DNA of 50,058 nucleotides from Leptolyngbyaceae cyanobacterium (GCA_050331235.1 JBHJHA010000078.1:1-50058), one strand, 5' to 3'; counted from the first letter of the stretch, positions 9,516-19,940 are shown. The notes: generated by a model not told the origin, from the sequence alone. Program-made: numbers and translations.

Positions 9516-10677
9516 TGATAAGATCCGCCGTCAGAGCGCGGTGGCCGAAACAGCGGAAGCCTTCAAGCATCGAGTTGCAGCAGAAGGGCTAAGCGCGGCC
9601 TTTGCAGCGGTTGATGTAGTGACGACTGGTACCTTTGAACCGATGGAATCTTCGGGAGCCATCCTCAACATCGGTCACACTGACCCACCGATCAAAATTC
9701 GGGACTGTCGCTTAAATGGAGTTCCTGCCTATGCTGGCTTCGGGGCGGTGGATCTGTATTTAGGGGCCAGCCAACTAGCTGTTAGCAGCCGTGAGGGTGC
9801 GCCGCTACAGGAGCGGGGCGGGGGCCATGTCATTGCTGACTTAATTGCCGGCAAAGCTGTTCAACTTCAAGCTACTGGCCATGCCACGGACTGTTACCCG
9901 CGCAGCGATTTAGAAACTACCATTACCCAGGACACGATCAACCAGTTCTACTTGTTCAATCCCCGCAACCTCTATCAAAATTTCATTGTTGGAGTGAATG
10001 GGGGCGATCGCCCTTTGGCAACCTATCTTGGCCCGCTGCAGCCTAACCTCGGTAATGCAGTTTATGCCAATCCTGGGGCGCTCTCGCCCCTGATGAATGA
10101 TCCCGACTTGGCCGTCGTCGGCATCGGTAGCCGAGTCTTTTTAGGTGGGGGGATTGGCTATGTCGCTTGGGAAGGCACTCAACATTTCCCCCTACAAAGA
10201 CGCCTCTCTAACCAGACACCCATTGGTCCGGCCGCGACGGTGGCTTTGATTGGGGACGCTAAACAAATGCAGCCCAAGTGGGTCCGGGGCTGCTATTTCA
10301 AAGGCTATGGTCCTTCGTTAATGCTGGGCGTGGGGGTAGCGATCCCCCTGTTGACCGAGCAAATTGCCCATCACTGCGCCGTTCAGGATGCTGATTTGGT
10401 CGCGCCTATAATGGATTTCTCGATTCCGCGCCGGGTCCGCCCCACTTTTGGTTTGGTGAGTTATGCCCAGCTGAAACTCGGTCATGTCACCCTCAATGGT
10501 CAAAAGGTTCGCACTGCTCCCCTAGCCAGCATTTATCTTTCGCGTCAGGTGGCCGCCGAACTCAAGGAATGGATCGACGCCGGCCAGTTCGAACTGACTG
10601 CACCGATCGCACCCTTATCCCGCGATCGCACCTTTGTGGCCCAAGATCCTTGGAATCTGCAAAGCGGACTGAACTAA
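9484..10677 (+). CDS. Homocysteine biosynthesis enzyme family (DUF39/HcyBio; L-aspartate semialdehyde sulfurtransferase-like)
   Basis: RT..INDKI N-terminus, VDVVTTGTFEPMESSGA, GFGAVDLYLGA, GGGHVIADL, TDCYPR, NPRNLYQN and GALSPLMNDP motifs. Confidence 0.85.
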   Translation: MTVPRTLPTINDKIRRQSAVAETAEAFKHRVAAEGLSAAFAAVDVVTTGTFEPMESSGAILNIGHTDPPIKIRDCRLNGVPAYAGFGAVDLYLGASQLAVSSREGAPLQERGGGHVIADLIAGKAVQLQATGHATDCYPRSDLETTITQDTINQFYLFNPRNLYQNFIVGVNGGDRPLATYLGPLQPNLGNAVYANPGALSPLMNDPDLAVVGIGSRVFLGGGIGYVAWEGTQHFPLQRRLSNQTPIGPAATVALIGDAKQMQPKWVRGCYFKGYGPSLMLGVGVAIPLLTEQIAHHCAVQDADLVAPIMDFSIPRRVRPTFGLVSYAQLKLGHVTLNGQKVRTAPLASIYLSRQVAAELKEWIDAGQFELTAPIAPLSRDRTFVAQDPWNLQSGLN

Positions 10678-12347
10678 GGGGAATCTGCAGCCTCAGATGA
10701 ACGCCCTGCATTGGCTGAGTTAGCGGGTTGCGTAGCCAAAAACGCTTCAAATTCGGAGAACGTCATGGGATAGGCATACAGCCATCCTTGTCCAAATTGC
10801 ACCCCTTTTGCCAATAGAGCAGATCGTTGTTCCTCGGTTTCAATGCCCTCAGCAATTAGGCTGATGCCTAGTCGATTACTGAGGTCCACCACGCCCACCA
10901 ACACACTTGATAAAAGAGAGGCTGTGGCGCTGGCGTGGGTAAAAGTCCGGTCAATTTTAAGATAGTCGACCTTAAGTTTTGATAAGTAGTTGATGCCGGA
11001 AAATCCTGTACCAAAGTCATCTAATGCAATTTTGGCGCCTAATCCTTGGATTTTCTGAATATTTTTTTGAAGCTGCTCTTCTCCGGCATCCGCTAACGTG
11101 GTTTCAGTTATTTCAAACATTAGCTTATGGACGACATTTCCTTGGCTAAGCAATAAATCAAACAGCAATTTACTGGGCTTAATTGATGTGATTTGGATCG
11201 GTGATAGGTTAATCGAGATGTAGAAATCATAGCGCTCATCTAGTAATTCTGTACATTGCGCTACCACTTGCTCAATAATCCACTGCCCCAATCTAGTGAT
11301 AATGCCCGTTGCTTCAGCAGCAGGAATAAAGACGCTTGGTAGAACTGTTCTTTGATGACTATATTGCCATCTAATCAATGCTTCCGCCCCCACACATCGA
11401 TTGTTTTCTAGATTGAAAATAGGCTGATAGTAAAGCTCAAACTCTCGATTTTTAAGTCCAACTTCTATGTCATAGTCCCAAAGCTGAGAACACCAAAGTA
11501 ACCGAGCCAATAAGCTGATAATCAGAAAGCTTACCAACAAAACTATCGGCATGGCAATGGTAAACAGTCTATGCCAGTTTTGCATTACCCAGTGACGGGA
11601 AACTTCGCCGATGACAACCATTTCAGTGTCGGCAACTGGCTGAATCACTCGAATGCGATCGCGACGAATAGTTGAAGAAAATGGATCAATCGACTTGGGG
11701 AATAAACCAATACCTGCAATAACTTTATCGTTACTTGTATCAACATATGCCAAATAGCCATCTTGACCCAAATCGAGCTCATTTAAGTTTGTCCAAAAGT
11801 CCTGTAACAGCATTGGATCTACCAGGATATTAAGCTCTCCTTGTCCTTCTGTAGGCCATACCAAAACAATCGAGCGCTCACGCATGACAGTGGTCGTTAG
11901 AGGTCCAGTCAACTGGAGTGTCTTGTTGGATAAATCAACCCGTCCGAGGCTATCGATCTGTATGGGAGGACGAACGGGACCTAAGCTCGTGGCAATGAGA
12001 TTGCCGTCAGGATCAATCAGCCCGATTTCCCGAAAGCGTGGATCGTTGTAGGCCTTACGCTGCAGTAGCGGCCAAATTTCAGCGTCTTCAGCATCCCAGT
12101 TCCTAAGAGAAATTTCGAGTTCTTGCAGCGTTAGTTCTGCAGAACGAATCAGATTGCTAATTTCTTGGGCATTTTTCTCAGTTGTTCTTGAAAGTTGCGA
12201 TCGCGCCACATGGATAGTCTGCCGATAAGACAAGCCTAACAAAATCGCCGGTGGCAGCAGGCTCAAACCCGCAACGAGCACTACGATGCGGTAATGGCGT
12301 TTTAGCCACTGCAGATTGAGCCTATTGAGTATGTTTAGACGGTGCAT
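10674..12347 (-). CDS. Membrane-anchored EAL-domain c-di-GMP phosphodiesterase with an extracytoplasmic (Cache/CSS-like) sensor region
   Basis: Two TM segments flank a sensor domain. YYQPI, GAEALIRW, SINLS, FEITE, DDFGTGFS, LKIDR, AEGIETEEQ and QGWLY motifs are present. No GGDEF domain. Confidence 0.9.
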   Translation of the reverse strand: MHRLNILNRLNLQWLKRHYRIVVLVAGLSLLPPAILLGLSYRQTIHVARSQLSRTTEKNAQEISNLIRSAELTLQELEISLRNWDAEDAEIWPLLQRKAYNDPRFREIGLIDPDGNLIATSLGPVRPPIQIDSLGRVDLSNKTLQLTGPLTTTVMRERSIVLVWPTEGQGELNILVDPMLLQDFWTNLNELDLGQDGYLAYVDTSNDKVIAGIGLFPKSIDPFSSTIRRDRIRVIQPVADTEMVVIGEVSRHWVMQNWHRLFTIAMPIVLLVSFLIISLLARLLWCSQLWDYDIEVGLKNREFELYYQPIFNLENNRCVGAEALIRWQYSHQRTVLPSVFIPAAEATGIITRLGQWIIEQVVAQCTELLDERYDFYISINLSPIQITSIKPSKLLFDLLLSQGNVVHKLMFEITETTLADAGEEQLQKNIQKIQGLGAKIALDDFGTGFSGINYLSKLKVDYLKIDRTFTHASATASLLSSVLVGVVDLSNRLGISLIAEGIETEEQRSALLAKGVQFGQGWLYAYPMTFSEFEAFLATQPANSANAGRSSEAADSP

Positions 12348-12464
12348 CTTGCCAATTTCACCAGAGAAGTTGAGAAAACTCTATTTGAACCAACTACATC
12401 GAAACCTGGTCTAGAAAACTACTGCTATCCTAACCGGCAAGCATATTTAAATAAGAATAAAACA

Positions 12465-12632
12465 CTGCATTGGGAGTGGGCAGGCGATGAGATTGATGGT
12501 GAGACAAAATCGTCAATTTCATTCATCGCCCCTGATAATTTCGTGGGGGGACTGAACGGCCTCGATCTATACCGGCAACTCCCTATTTCGCAGCTAAATC
12601 GTGATTGCTGCTACGGATTGCTTCTGACAGCG
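12465..12632 (+). pseudogene. Possible degraded response-regulator receiver-domain relic
   Basis: Within ORF 12342..12731, ...FIAPDNFVGGLNGLDLYRQL...LLLTA resembles the REC consensus D-x-x-x-P-G-x-x-G-L-x-L-x-R-Q-L...LLLTA. No normal N- or C-terminus. Confidence 0.35.
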
Positions 12633-12740
12633 ATTGCTCCGTACGGATATCTTCCACCTAGCGGAGGTGCTGGAGCAAAGCGTGCCGCTAAAATGTCAAT
12701 AGTAATTCACGATAATTTACAAGAAAGTTGACGACCGATT

Positions 12741-13004
12741 ATGTTGAACCTGTTACAGGAAGCTCGCAGTTACTGGAGAAAGCTCGACGAGGTGGAAGCC
12801 GCTTACCAACGCGGTGAGCTCTCTATTCAAGAGGTGGATACGCGAGTGCATCAACTCATGGCTGACCTAGGGCAGGCGCGACGTCGCGCCCTCAAAGACG
12901 CCTGGGCAAGTCTGCAGGTGGGTATATCGGCGCAGTGGGAGACATTTGCCGGTACAGTCGCCATTGGTGTGCTGGCGGTTTGGTGGTTGACCACGGTGGC
13001 GTAG
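12741..13004 (+). CDS. Small hypothetical protein with a C-terminal TM helix
   Basis: 87-aa ORF with YWRKLDEVEAAYQRGELSIQEVD, a helical N-terminal part and a hydrophobic tail. Confidence 0.7.
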   Translation: MLNLLQEARSYWRKLDEVEAAYQRGELSIQEVDTRVHQLMADLGQARRRALKDAWASLQVGISAQWETFAGTVAIGVLAVWWLTTVA

Positions 13005-13053
13005 GCTGAGTTTGGTTAGGCCATTAAGTCAGTGACACACAGAAGGGCGACTA

Positions 13054-13752
13054 TCAATTCAAGGATTCAAGTGGTAATGAATCAAGAGCGTCGCTGCGGA
13101 TGCGATCGCTATCCACTGCTGAGAGCACTTTATTCTGGGTGTTCGCTGACTTTAAGCAGCGAATGCATAGGTTAGCTACATCGATTCGGGTGATGACACC
13201 AGCGACGTGGGCACTCTCCGTCACAAGTCCTTTGCCGGTGGCTGGTTCAGACACTAACCCGCCGGGCCGTACCACGGTGTAAGGCAATTGACTGGCGATT
13301 AAGTGTTCTTCAGCTTTCGCTTTCGCCAGCAGCGCCGGACGCAATGTTTCCAAAACGGTCTCTGGCAGGGCTATAGCGCTGTCTCGAACGCCGATGGAAG
13401 ACACCAATAAAAACCGCTCACAGAGCAACGATTTCACTGCATCAATGAGATGGCGGTTGCCTAAGTAGTCAGCTCGAGGGCCATTTCGCTCCAGCCCCTT
13501 GCCTCCTACCGTCGTCGCTAAGACGAAAGGGGCTTCTTGAAAGTTTTGAAATACAGTTTGAATAAACTCAGGCTCAAGCACATCGCCAATAGCAACCTGC
13601 GCCCCCAGAGCCTCTAAGGGCGATCTCGCATCGTCAGTGTGAATCAGTGCGGTGACTGGGTGACCCAGTTTTCGGAGACCTTTGGCAATTTCAAAGCCAA
13701 CTCCCCGGCTAGCCCCTGCCACAAAGCAACGGGTGGAATTTGAGAACGTCAT
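13054..13752 (-). CDS. NAD(P)H-binding atypical SDR oxidoreductase
   Basis: FVAGASRGVG Rossmann motif, ADYLGNRHLIDA, LVSSIG, YTVVRPGGL and ITRIDVA. Confidence 0.85.
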   Translation of the reverse strand: MTFSNSTRCFVAGASRGVGFEIAKGLRKLGHPVTALIHTDDARSPLEALGAQVAIGDVLEPEFIQTVFQNFQEAPFVLATTVGGKGLERNGPRADYLGNRHLIDAVKSLLCERFLLVSSIGVRDSAIALPETVLETLRPALLAKAKAEEHLIASQLPYTVVRPGGLVSEPATGKGLVTESAHVAGVITRIDVANLCIRCLKSANTQNKVLSAVDSDRIRSDALDSLPLESLN

Positions 13753-13754
13753 GG

Positions 13755-14582
13755 TTATCGAATGGCACCGGCTACATCACAGTGTGTCACATCGGTCTCG
13801 ATGAAGGTGCAGTGAGTTAAATCGGCACGGCAAAATGAGGTGCTGGCAAATCGCTTGAGTGACTGCCCGCAATAGACCAGGCTGTTAAGGGCGACTACGA
13901 CAAATATGACAGCGAGGGTAAGGGCAAGCCCCGCCGTTAACCATTGTCTGACTGCCAACAAGTTGCTGCCGCCGGTCCACGTCCAAAAGGCATAGCTATA
14001 GGCGATGACTCCTCCCATTGCTCCCAGTACCGCGTCTAACCAAGCAGGCTGCATTTTTCCCGCGATGGCCCAGCTTAAAAGCCCCAGGGCGATCGCCCCG
14101 GCCAACGCAAAAAGGGGATTGTTGTCCGTGAGGCTGCCGACATAAAATAATCCCATCAGGGCGGCGGCAGTGGCTCCCATTATTCGCTTTGCCAAGCTCG
14201 TCACTGGCCAAGCAAGGGGCAACAAGGCAGTGCTAAGTGCGCCTACTTGCAAGATGACAATTAAAACTTGCACATAAAGCCATGCCGATTGGCCAGGGAC
14301 GGTGCCCAGGGCCGCAAACAAGAGGGAACTAACGGCGTGAAACAGTAGCCCCGTCAATAGTAGAACGATGGGTAACAGCAATATCCATCGGCGTGATAGG
14401 CCCGTGCCACAAGCCCTGAATTTGGCACCTCGCAAGTTGGCCTGTGTGAAATCACACCCTTGCAGTTGGCACTGGTAAAAGTTGGCATTTTGCAGATTTT
14501 GCCCCCGAAAAGACCGTCGCCGCAAGTCTTGATTGATAAAACTATGGGAGGGGGCATGTTGCATTGAAACGCTCTCACTCAC
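13755..14582 (-). CDS. Pentapeptide-repeat membrane protein
   Basis: QDLRR-RSFRG-QNLQN-ANFYQ-CQLQG-CDFTQ-ANLRG repeats, a central multi-TM region and C-terminal pentapeptide repeats. Start may be 14564. Confidence 0.82.
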   Translation of the reverse strand: MSESVSMQHAPSHSFINQDLRRRSFRGQNLQNANFYQCQLQGCDFTQANLRGAKFRACGTGLSRRWILLLPIVLLLTGLLFHAVSSLLFAALGTVPGQSAWLYVQVLIVILQVGALSTALLPLAWPVTSLAKRIMGATAAALMGLFYVGSLTDNNPLFALAGAIALGLLSWAIAGKMQPAWLDAVLGAMGGVIAYSYAFWTWTGGSNLLAVRQWLTAGLALTLAVIFVVVALNSLVYCGQSLKRFASTSFCRADLTHCTFIETDVTHCDVAGAIR

Positions 14583-14597
14583 CGCACAATCTTAGCA

Positions 14598-15482
14598 ATG
14601 TCCAAACTTCGTTCAGCTTCCTGGCTCTTAGGTTTTACTAGCCTCATGGTGCCACTACTATTGTATACCCACGCCCAGTGGCAGCGATCGCCCCGTACGC
14701 CGCTGACACAGCAACTCTTTGACGGCGTCATCTATCAACGTCAAATTCGCGATCAGCCTTGGCCCCAAGTCATTCACAAAGTTACAGTTGACCTGACGAC
14801 ACCAGGGGTCGAGGTGCTTGTGAGTCCGGGAAGCCCGGAGGCTGGTCTTTGGGAAACGGCTGCCCAAACGACGTCAGAATATGTGAGTCGATCAGGGGTG
14901 CAGTTAGCGGTCAATGCCAGCTTCTTTTCCCCCTTTAAGGAGAAAACTCCTTGGCATTATGGACCTCACTCCGGCGATCGTGCCAATGTCTTAGGCATCG
15001 GGATTGGCAATGGCGAGCCCTATTCATCACCAGAGGTGACTTGGCCGGCCTTTTGTGTCGTGGCAGCCGCACAGGTGCAAATCGGCAGGGATGGCCATTG
15101 CCCTGATGGGACCTGGCAGGCTGTAGCCGGTAGTCATCAGCTCGTCGCCGATGGCCAGCCGATACCCATTCGGGGGAGCGATCGCCCCTATGCCCGGGTC
15201 ATGGCAGCGGTCAGCAACGGCGGCAAAACGCTGACTTTCGTCGTTGTCGATGGTAAGCAACCTCACTACAGCGAAGGGGCAACCTTAGCCCAACTCACAC
15301 AGATTGCGATCGACATAGGGGCCGACGCAGCCCTCAACCTCGATGGTGGCGGGTCAACCACGCTAGTGATCAATACTTCCGACGGTCCTCAAACTTTTAA
15401 CGCACCAATTCACACCAAAATGCCGATGCGTGAGCGCCCGGTCGCCAGCCACATCGGCATTCGAGTGCCAACAGCCCAGTAA
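14598..15482 (+). CDS. Phosphodiester glycosidase (NAGPA-like) family protein
   Basis: AVNASFF, VVVDGKQPHYSEGATL, ALNLDGGGSTTL and ERPVASHIG motifs. N-terminal hydrophobic anchor. Confidence 0.88.
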   Translation: MSKLRSASWLLGFTSLMVPLLLYTHAQWQRSPRTPLTQQLFDGVIYQRQIRDQPWPQVIHKVTVDLTTPGVEVLVSPGSPEAGLWETAAQTTSEYVSRSGVQLAVNASFFSPFKEKTPWHYGPHSGDRANVLGIGIGNGEPYSSPEVTWPAFCVVAAAQVQIGRDGHCPDGTWQAVAGSHQLVADGQPIPIRGSDRPYARVMAAVSNGGKTLTFVVVDGKQPHYSEGATLAQLTQIAIDIGADAALNLDGGGSTTLVINTSDGPQTFNAPIHTKMPMRERPVASHIGIRVPTAQ

Positions 15483-15501
15483 AACTGTTGGCGATTGAGG
15501 C

Positions 15502-15897
15502 CTAATCTTTGGGAAAGACGACGCTCAAGTATTCTCGATAGGCACAAACTCGAGAGTGGCGAATGTCGAAGGCGATCGCCGCCTGATTTTCATACGGCTC
15601 AGCCCCCATCAAGCCTTGGGAGCGGACCTCAAAAACAACTGTAGTGTCATTCGCAGTCACTTGTAGCAGGGTCAGCGTCAACCCACCGGGAAAGATTTGA
15701 GGGATAGAAGCCAAAAAAGCCGCGGCTTTTTCTTTTCCGTAATGGGTCCCCTTAAACGGTCCTGCCGGAAACCAAAAGTTAAAGTCATCGCTGAGGCGAT
15801 CTAAAAAGGGTTGCCATTCTCCCGTAGATAGTCCCTTTGCATAATCTTGGAAAGCTTGGTGGGCAACTTCGAGGATTTCAGAAATGGCTGAGGTCAT
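15502..15897 (-). CDS. NTF2/SnoaL-like (ketosteroid isomerase-like) protein
   Basis: 131 aa with FLDRLSDDFNFWFP, TVVFEVRSQG, YENQAAIAFDI and YREY. Confidence 0.8.
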   Translation of the reverse strand: MTSAISEILEVAHQAFQDYAKGLSTGEWQPFLDRLSDDFNFWFPAGPFKGTHYGKEKAAAFLASIPQIFPGGLTLTLLQVTANDTTVVFEVRSQGLMGAEPYENQAAIAFDIRHSRVCAYREYLSVVFPKD

Positions 15898-15938
15898 GGG
15901 TCAAAAGGAGAGTAAATCAGAGTATGGACCTGTGAGTT

Positions 15939-17120
15939 CTATGGCCGACGCGATCGCGCAAACAACCTAAAGTAGAGGGACTGGGTAGTTTCCTTGATGG
16001 GGAAGGCAATGTAGGTAAGCGGATTGATGGTGACGATAATGTTGCGGACATCGCGCTTAGCTAAGGCAACCACCGCTTTAGCAACCCACTCGGCCGACAT
16101 CACGCCAATCGGATTGAGATTACTCTTAAATGGGCCAAGGATGACCTTGCGAATCGTGCAGGGAGCATTGCGTCGTTTGAGGGTGATCAAATCTCCTACT
16201 AAGCGCTTAGAAATTTCATAGAGCGGGCTAAACGACGGCCCCACTTCGGCTTCGGAGGTATTGACCCAAATCTCCTTAGTCGCTGCCGCAGTTGGGGTAT
16301 CGGTCGTGGTGATGAAGGTATCCATCAGCGCCAGCACCGACAGGCTATTGACTTCTAAAGATTGAGCGATCGCGGCCGGCGTACAGTCACCCTGAACATT
16401 GACCCCGTGGTTGATGATGAGGATATCCACCTTGCGGAGCTGTGTTTGGAGGTCAGCCTCTTGTCCAGGTTGCCACACCAAGGAGCGCACTCCAGGGGCA
16501 AATGTAGCGTGGGGAGAGGTCGTCAGCGCGATTGGTTTTGCTCCTTGGCGCAGGAGCTCGGTTATGAGGGCCCGGCCCATGGTGCCAGAGGCACCGGTAA
16601 CAGCAACGGTCTTATTTTTTAGCGAGAGGGCTGTACCCATGAGCTTGTCGAGAAAGGTAAAGTGACCGGCATAGTACGCATTGACATCATCGAAATGATG
16701 TTTCCAATGGTAGCTGCGGTTGACCCGCCACAACCCGGGAATTTCGACGAGGGGGCCGGGCTTATGGGTCAAGTCAGTTCCGTGGAGCAGCCCCTGGGAA
16801 CGGGCGATCGCCCCACCTAGAAAGCCTCCACCATAAAGGCATCCAGCCCACAAACCCGGCTCGTTTAGACCAATGGCCAAGAGGGCCATAACTGTCATCA
16901 TGACAAGCGATTCGGGGACATCGTTATAAAGCTGGGCCTTGCTATAGATTTCTGAGCTGATGGGCGTAAAGTCTTTTTTATACGCTCGATGATGCCAGTT
17001 ATGTAGCGTTTGCAGGGGGGGGCAAGCGTGGCTGGCGATGTGATAGACATCGCGAACCATCTCGACCAAAACGATGGACACGACTCCCCACAAACTTTGT
17101 ATGACTACCGTCTCCAGCAC
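15939..17120 (-). CDS. Bifunctional sterol desaturase-like / short-chain dehydrogenase
   Basis: N-terminal His boxes (HNWHH, YHWKHH) fused to an SDR domain (VAVTGASGTMG, IINHG, NTSEAE, YEISK). Confidence 0.87.
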   Translation of the reverse strand: MLETVVIQSLWGVVSIVLVEMVRDVYHIASHACPPLQTLHNWHHRAYKKDFTPISSEIYSKAQLYNDVPESLVMMTVMALLAIGLNEPGLWAGCLYGGGFLGGAIARSQGLLHGTDLTHKPGPLVEIPGLWRVNRSYHWKHHFDDVNAYYAGHFTFLDKLMGTALSLKNKTVAVTGASGTMGRALITELLRQGAKPIALTTSPHATFAPGVRSLVWQPGQEADLQTQLRKVDILIINHGVNVQGDCTPAAIAQSLEVNSLSVLALMDTFITTTDTPTAAATKEIWVNTSEAEVGPSFSPLYEISKRLVGDLITLKRRNAPCTIRKVILGPFKSNLNPIGVMSAEWVAKAVVALAKRDVRNIIVTINPLTYIAFPIKETTQSLYFRLFARSRRP

Positions 17121-17207
17121 GATATCCCTGCCTCACTTATCCTATTCACACCGGGGATAGCTGCACGTGCCCGGTTGAATTTTCATCACTCGCCACCAGC
17201 ATTATCC

Positions 17208-17633
17208 ATGACTAGCCGTGTCTTTGCATCAACGGGTCTCATCCCCCACTGTCTGCGCCTGAATCCAGGCAGCGATCTCAAAGAGAGCTTGCGGACTGAT
17301 GTCGTTGCCCACGAGGTTGGGGCGGGGTGCATTTTGACGACGGTCGGTAGCCTACAACAGACTTGTTTGCGACTAGCTGGGCAATCTGAGACCACCACAG
17401 TGACGGGACGCTTTGAAATCATGTCGCTGGTGGGCACCTTGTCTCCTGAGGGATTGCATTTGCACATGGCGATCGCCGATGCCTAGGGACAAGTGACTGG
17501 TGGACACGTCATGCCAGGATGCCTGATTTATACCACTGCGGAGATTGTAGTCGGCGTGCTCTCAGGGGTGCAGTTTCACCGTCAGATAGATGAACAGACC
17601 GGATATCGAGAGTTGACGATCGCTGTCAACTGA
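17208..17633 (+). pseudogene. PPC/DUF296 domain protein interrupted by an in-frame TAG at 17484-17486
   Basis: LRLNPGSDL...VGSL...LRLAG...FEIMSLVGTLS...HLHMAIADA*GQVTGGHVMPGCLIYTTAEIV...DEQTGYREL continues in the same frame to TGA at 17631-17633. Confidence 0.85.
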
Positions 17634-17677
17634 CATGACCAGCATTGCTGTCGGGTTGCTCGGCGCCGTTCTCACCT

Positions 17678-18103
17678 TTAGGCAGAAAAGGCTGAGCGAA
17701 TCGCCTCGATGCGTTTGCGGTTTACCCCTAGGTCAGACTGACCTAAACGGGCCGCCGATCGCACATGAATGGTGCCCGGCGCCTCAGAGGGCAAGTAAAA
17801 CTCGACATCATCGACGAAGCCCATGAGCTTGCTGGTAAATTCGGCGTAGAGGTAGCGATCAGTTTGCTCAATGATTTCACTGCCTTCCTGACCTTCCACA
17901 ACTTGGCGCAGAGCCGCCATTGCTGCTTCTGGCGTGCCGGTGTAGCTAATCGGCGCGATCGCATGTTCAGCGTCTTCTTCTCCCTGGCTGACGACACAGT
18001 TAGGGCTTGTCGGACAGGCTGCTAGCCGTCCATCCTTAACGCCAATGTTGTTAGGACGAGAGCCGCCAAATAGGGCTTTGAATCCAGGTAGTGCAGCAAG
18101 CAT
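17678..18103 (-). CDS. DUF1499 domain protein
   Basis: LAACPTSPNCVVSQ, MGFVDDVEF and HVRSAARLGQSDLGVNRKRIEAIR motifs. Confidence 0.88.
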   Translation of the reverse strand: MLAALPGFKALFGGSRPNNIGVKDGRLAACPTSPNCVVSQGEEDAEHAIAPISYTGTPEAAMAALRQVVEGQEGSEIIEQTDRYLYAEFTSKLMGFVDDVEFYLPSEAPGTIHVRSAARLGQSDLGVNRKRIEAIRSAFSA

Positions 18104-18226
18104 GGGAGAGTTCTCAACTTCAAGAGGAACGGTGTACCAATCCTAGGATGCAGCGAGTCATGTCGCGGGTCAAACAAGGTTATCGATCTTGCCCCTAAGA
18201 TGTGAATAACATCTGTGACAAGGACC

Positions 18227-18685
18227 ATGAGCAGTTTACCGGACCCTCATGAAAAAGCGATCGCTTATGAGCCGATTCTAAATATCCTTAGGGCGGATTT
18301 GCCGACCCTCTTCGAGCAAGATATTTCCTACGACATCTACACGCGAGACATCTTCTTCGAAGATCCGGTCAATCAATTTCAGGGCAAACTGAACTATCGC
18401 ATCGTCTTTTGGACTCTGCGATTCCACGGTCAGCTCTTTTTCTCAGACCTGCACTTTGATCTTCACCATGTGCAAGTGGCCGACGCCTTGACCATCCGCG
18501 CGGACTGGACGGTTCGAGGTACCTTACGGCTCCCCTGGCAGCCACGTATCTTTTTTAATGGCTACACCCTTTACGCGCTGAATGAGGACGGCAAAATTCA
18601 TGAGCATCTTGACACCTGGGACCGGTCTCCAGGTGAAATCCTCAAACAGTTTTGGCGAGGTTCTGACGCAGATCAAACTCCGTAA
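18227..18685 (+). CDS. DUF2358 (SnoaL-like) domain protein
   Basis: LRADLPTLFEQDISYDIYT, FEDPVNQFQGKLNYRIVF and HLDTWDR motifs. Start 18215 (GTG) or 18227 (ATG). Confidence 0.83.
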   Translation: MSSLPDPHEKAIAYEPILNILRADLPTLFEQDISYDIYTRDIFFEDPVNQFQGKLNYRIVFWTLRFHGQLFFSDLHFDLHHVQVADALTIRADWTVRGTLRLPWQPRIFFNGYTLYALNEDGKIHEHLDTWDRSPGEILKQFWRGSDADQTP

Positions 18686-18899
18686 GTTCCGCTGATAGTC
18701 GAAATATTAGACACCCATGACACTGAATCAATTTTGGGAACTTCAGTGAAGAATCTCGGTCAATAGCTCCAAAAGCAGGGCGCGCTGCTGTTGACAATCG
18801 CAATTGCGATCAAAATCACGATTCTTCGTTGGAAACTGCAAATTTTGGCAGTTTTCGACAACTGTTGAAATTCTCTAATCAATCACGTGGGTAACGATT

Positions 18900-19940
<1,041 letters not shown>

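Noticed and set aside
17010..17207. N-terminal extension of ORF 17010..17486
   Set aside because: It overlaps the divergent desaturase/SDR gene. DUF296 similarity begins only after ATG 17208.
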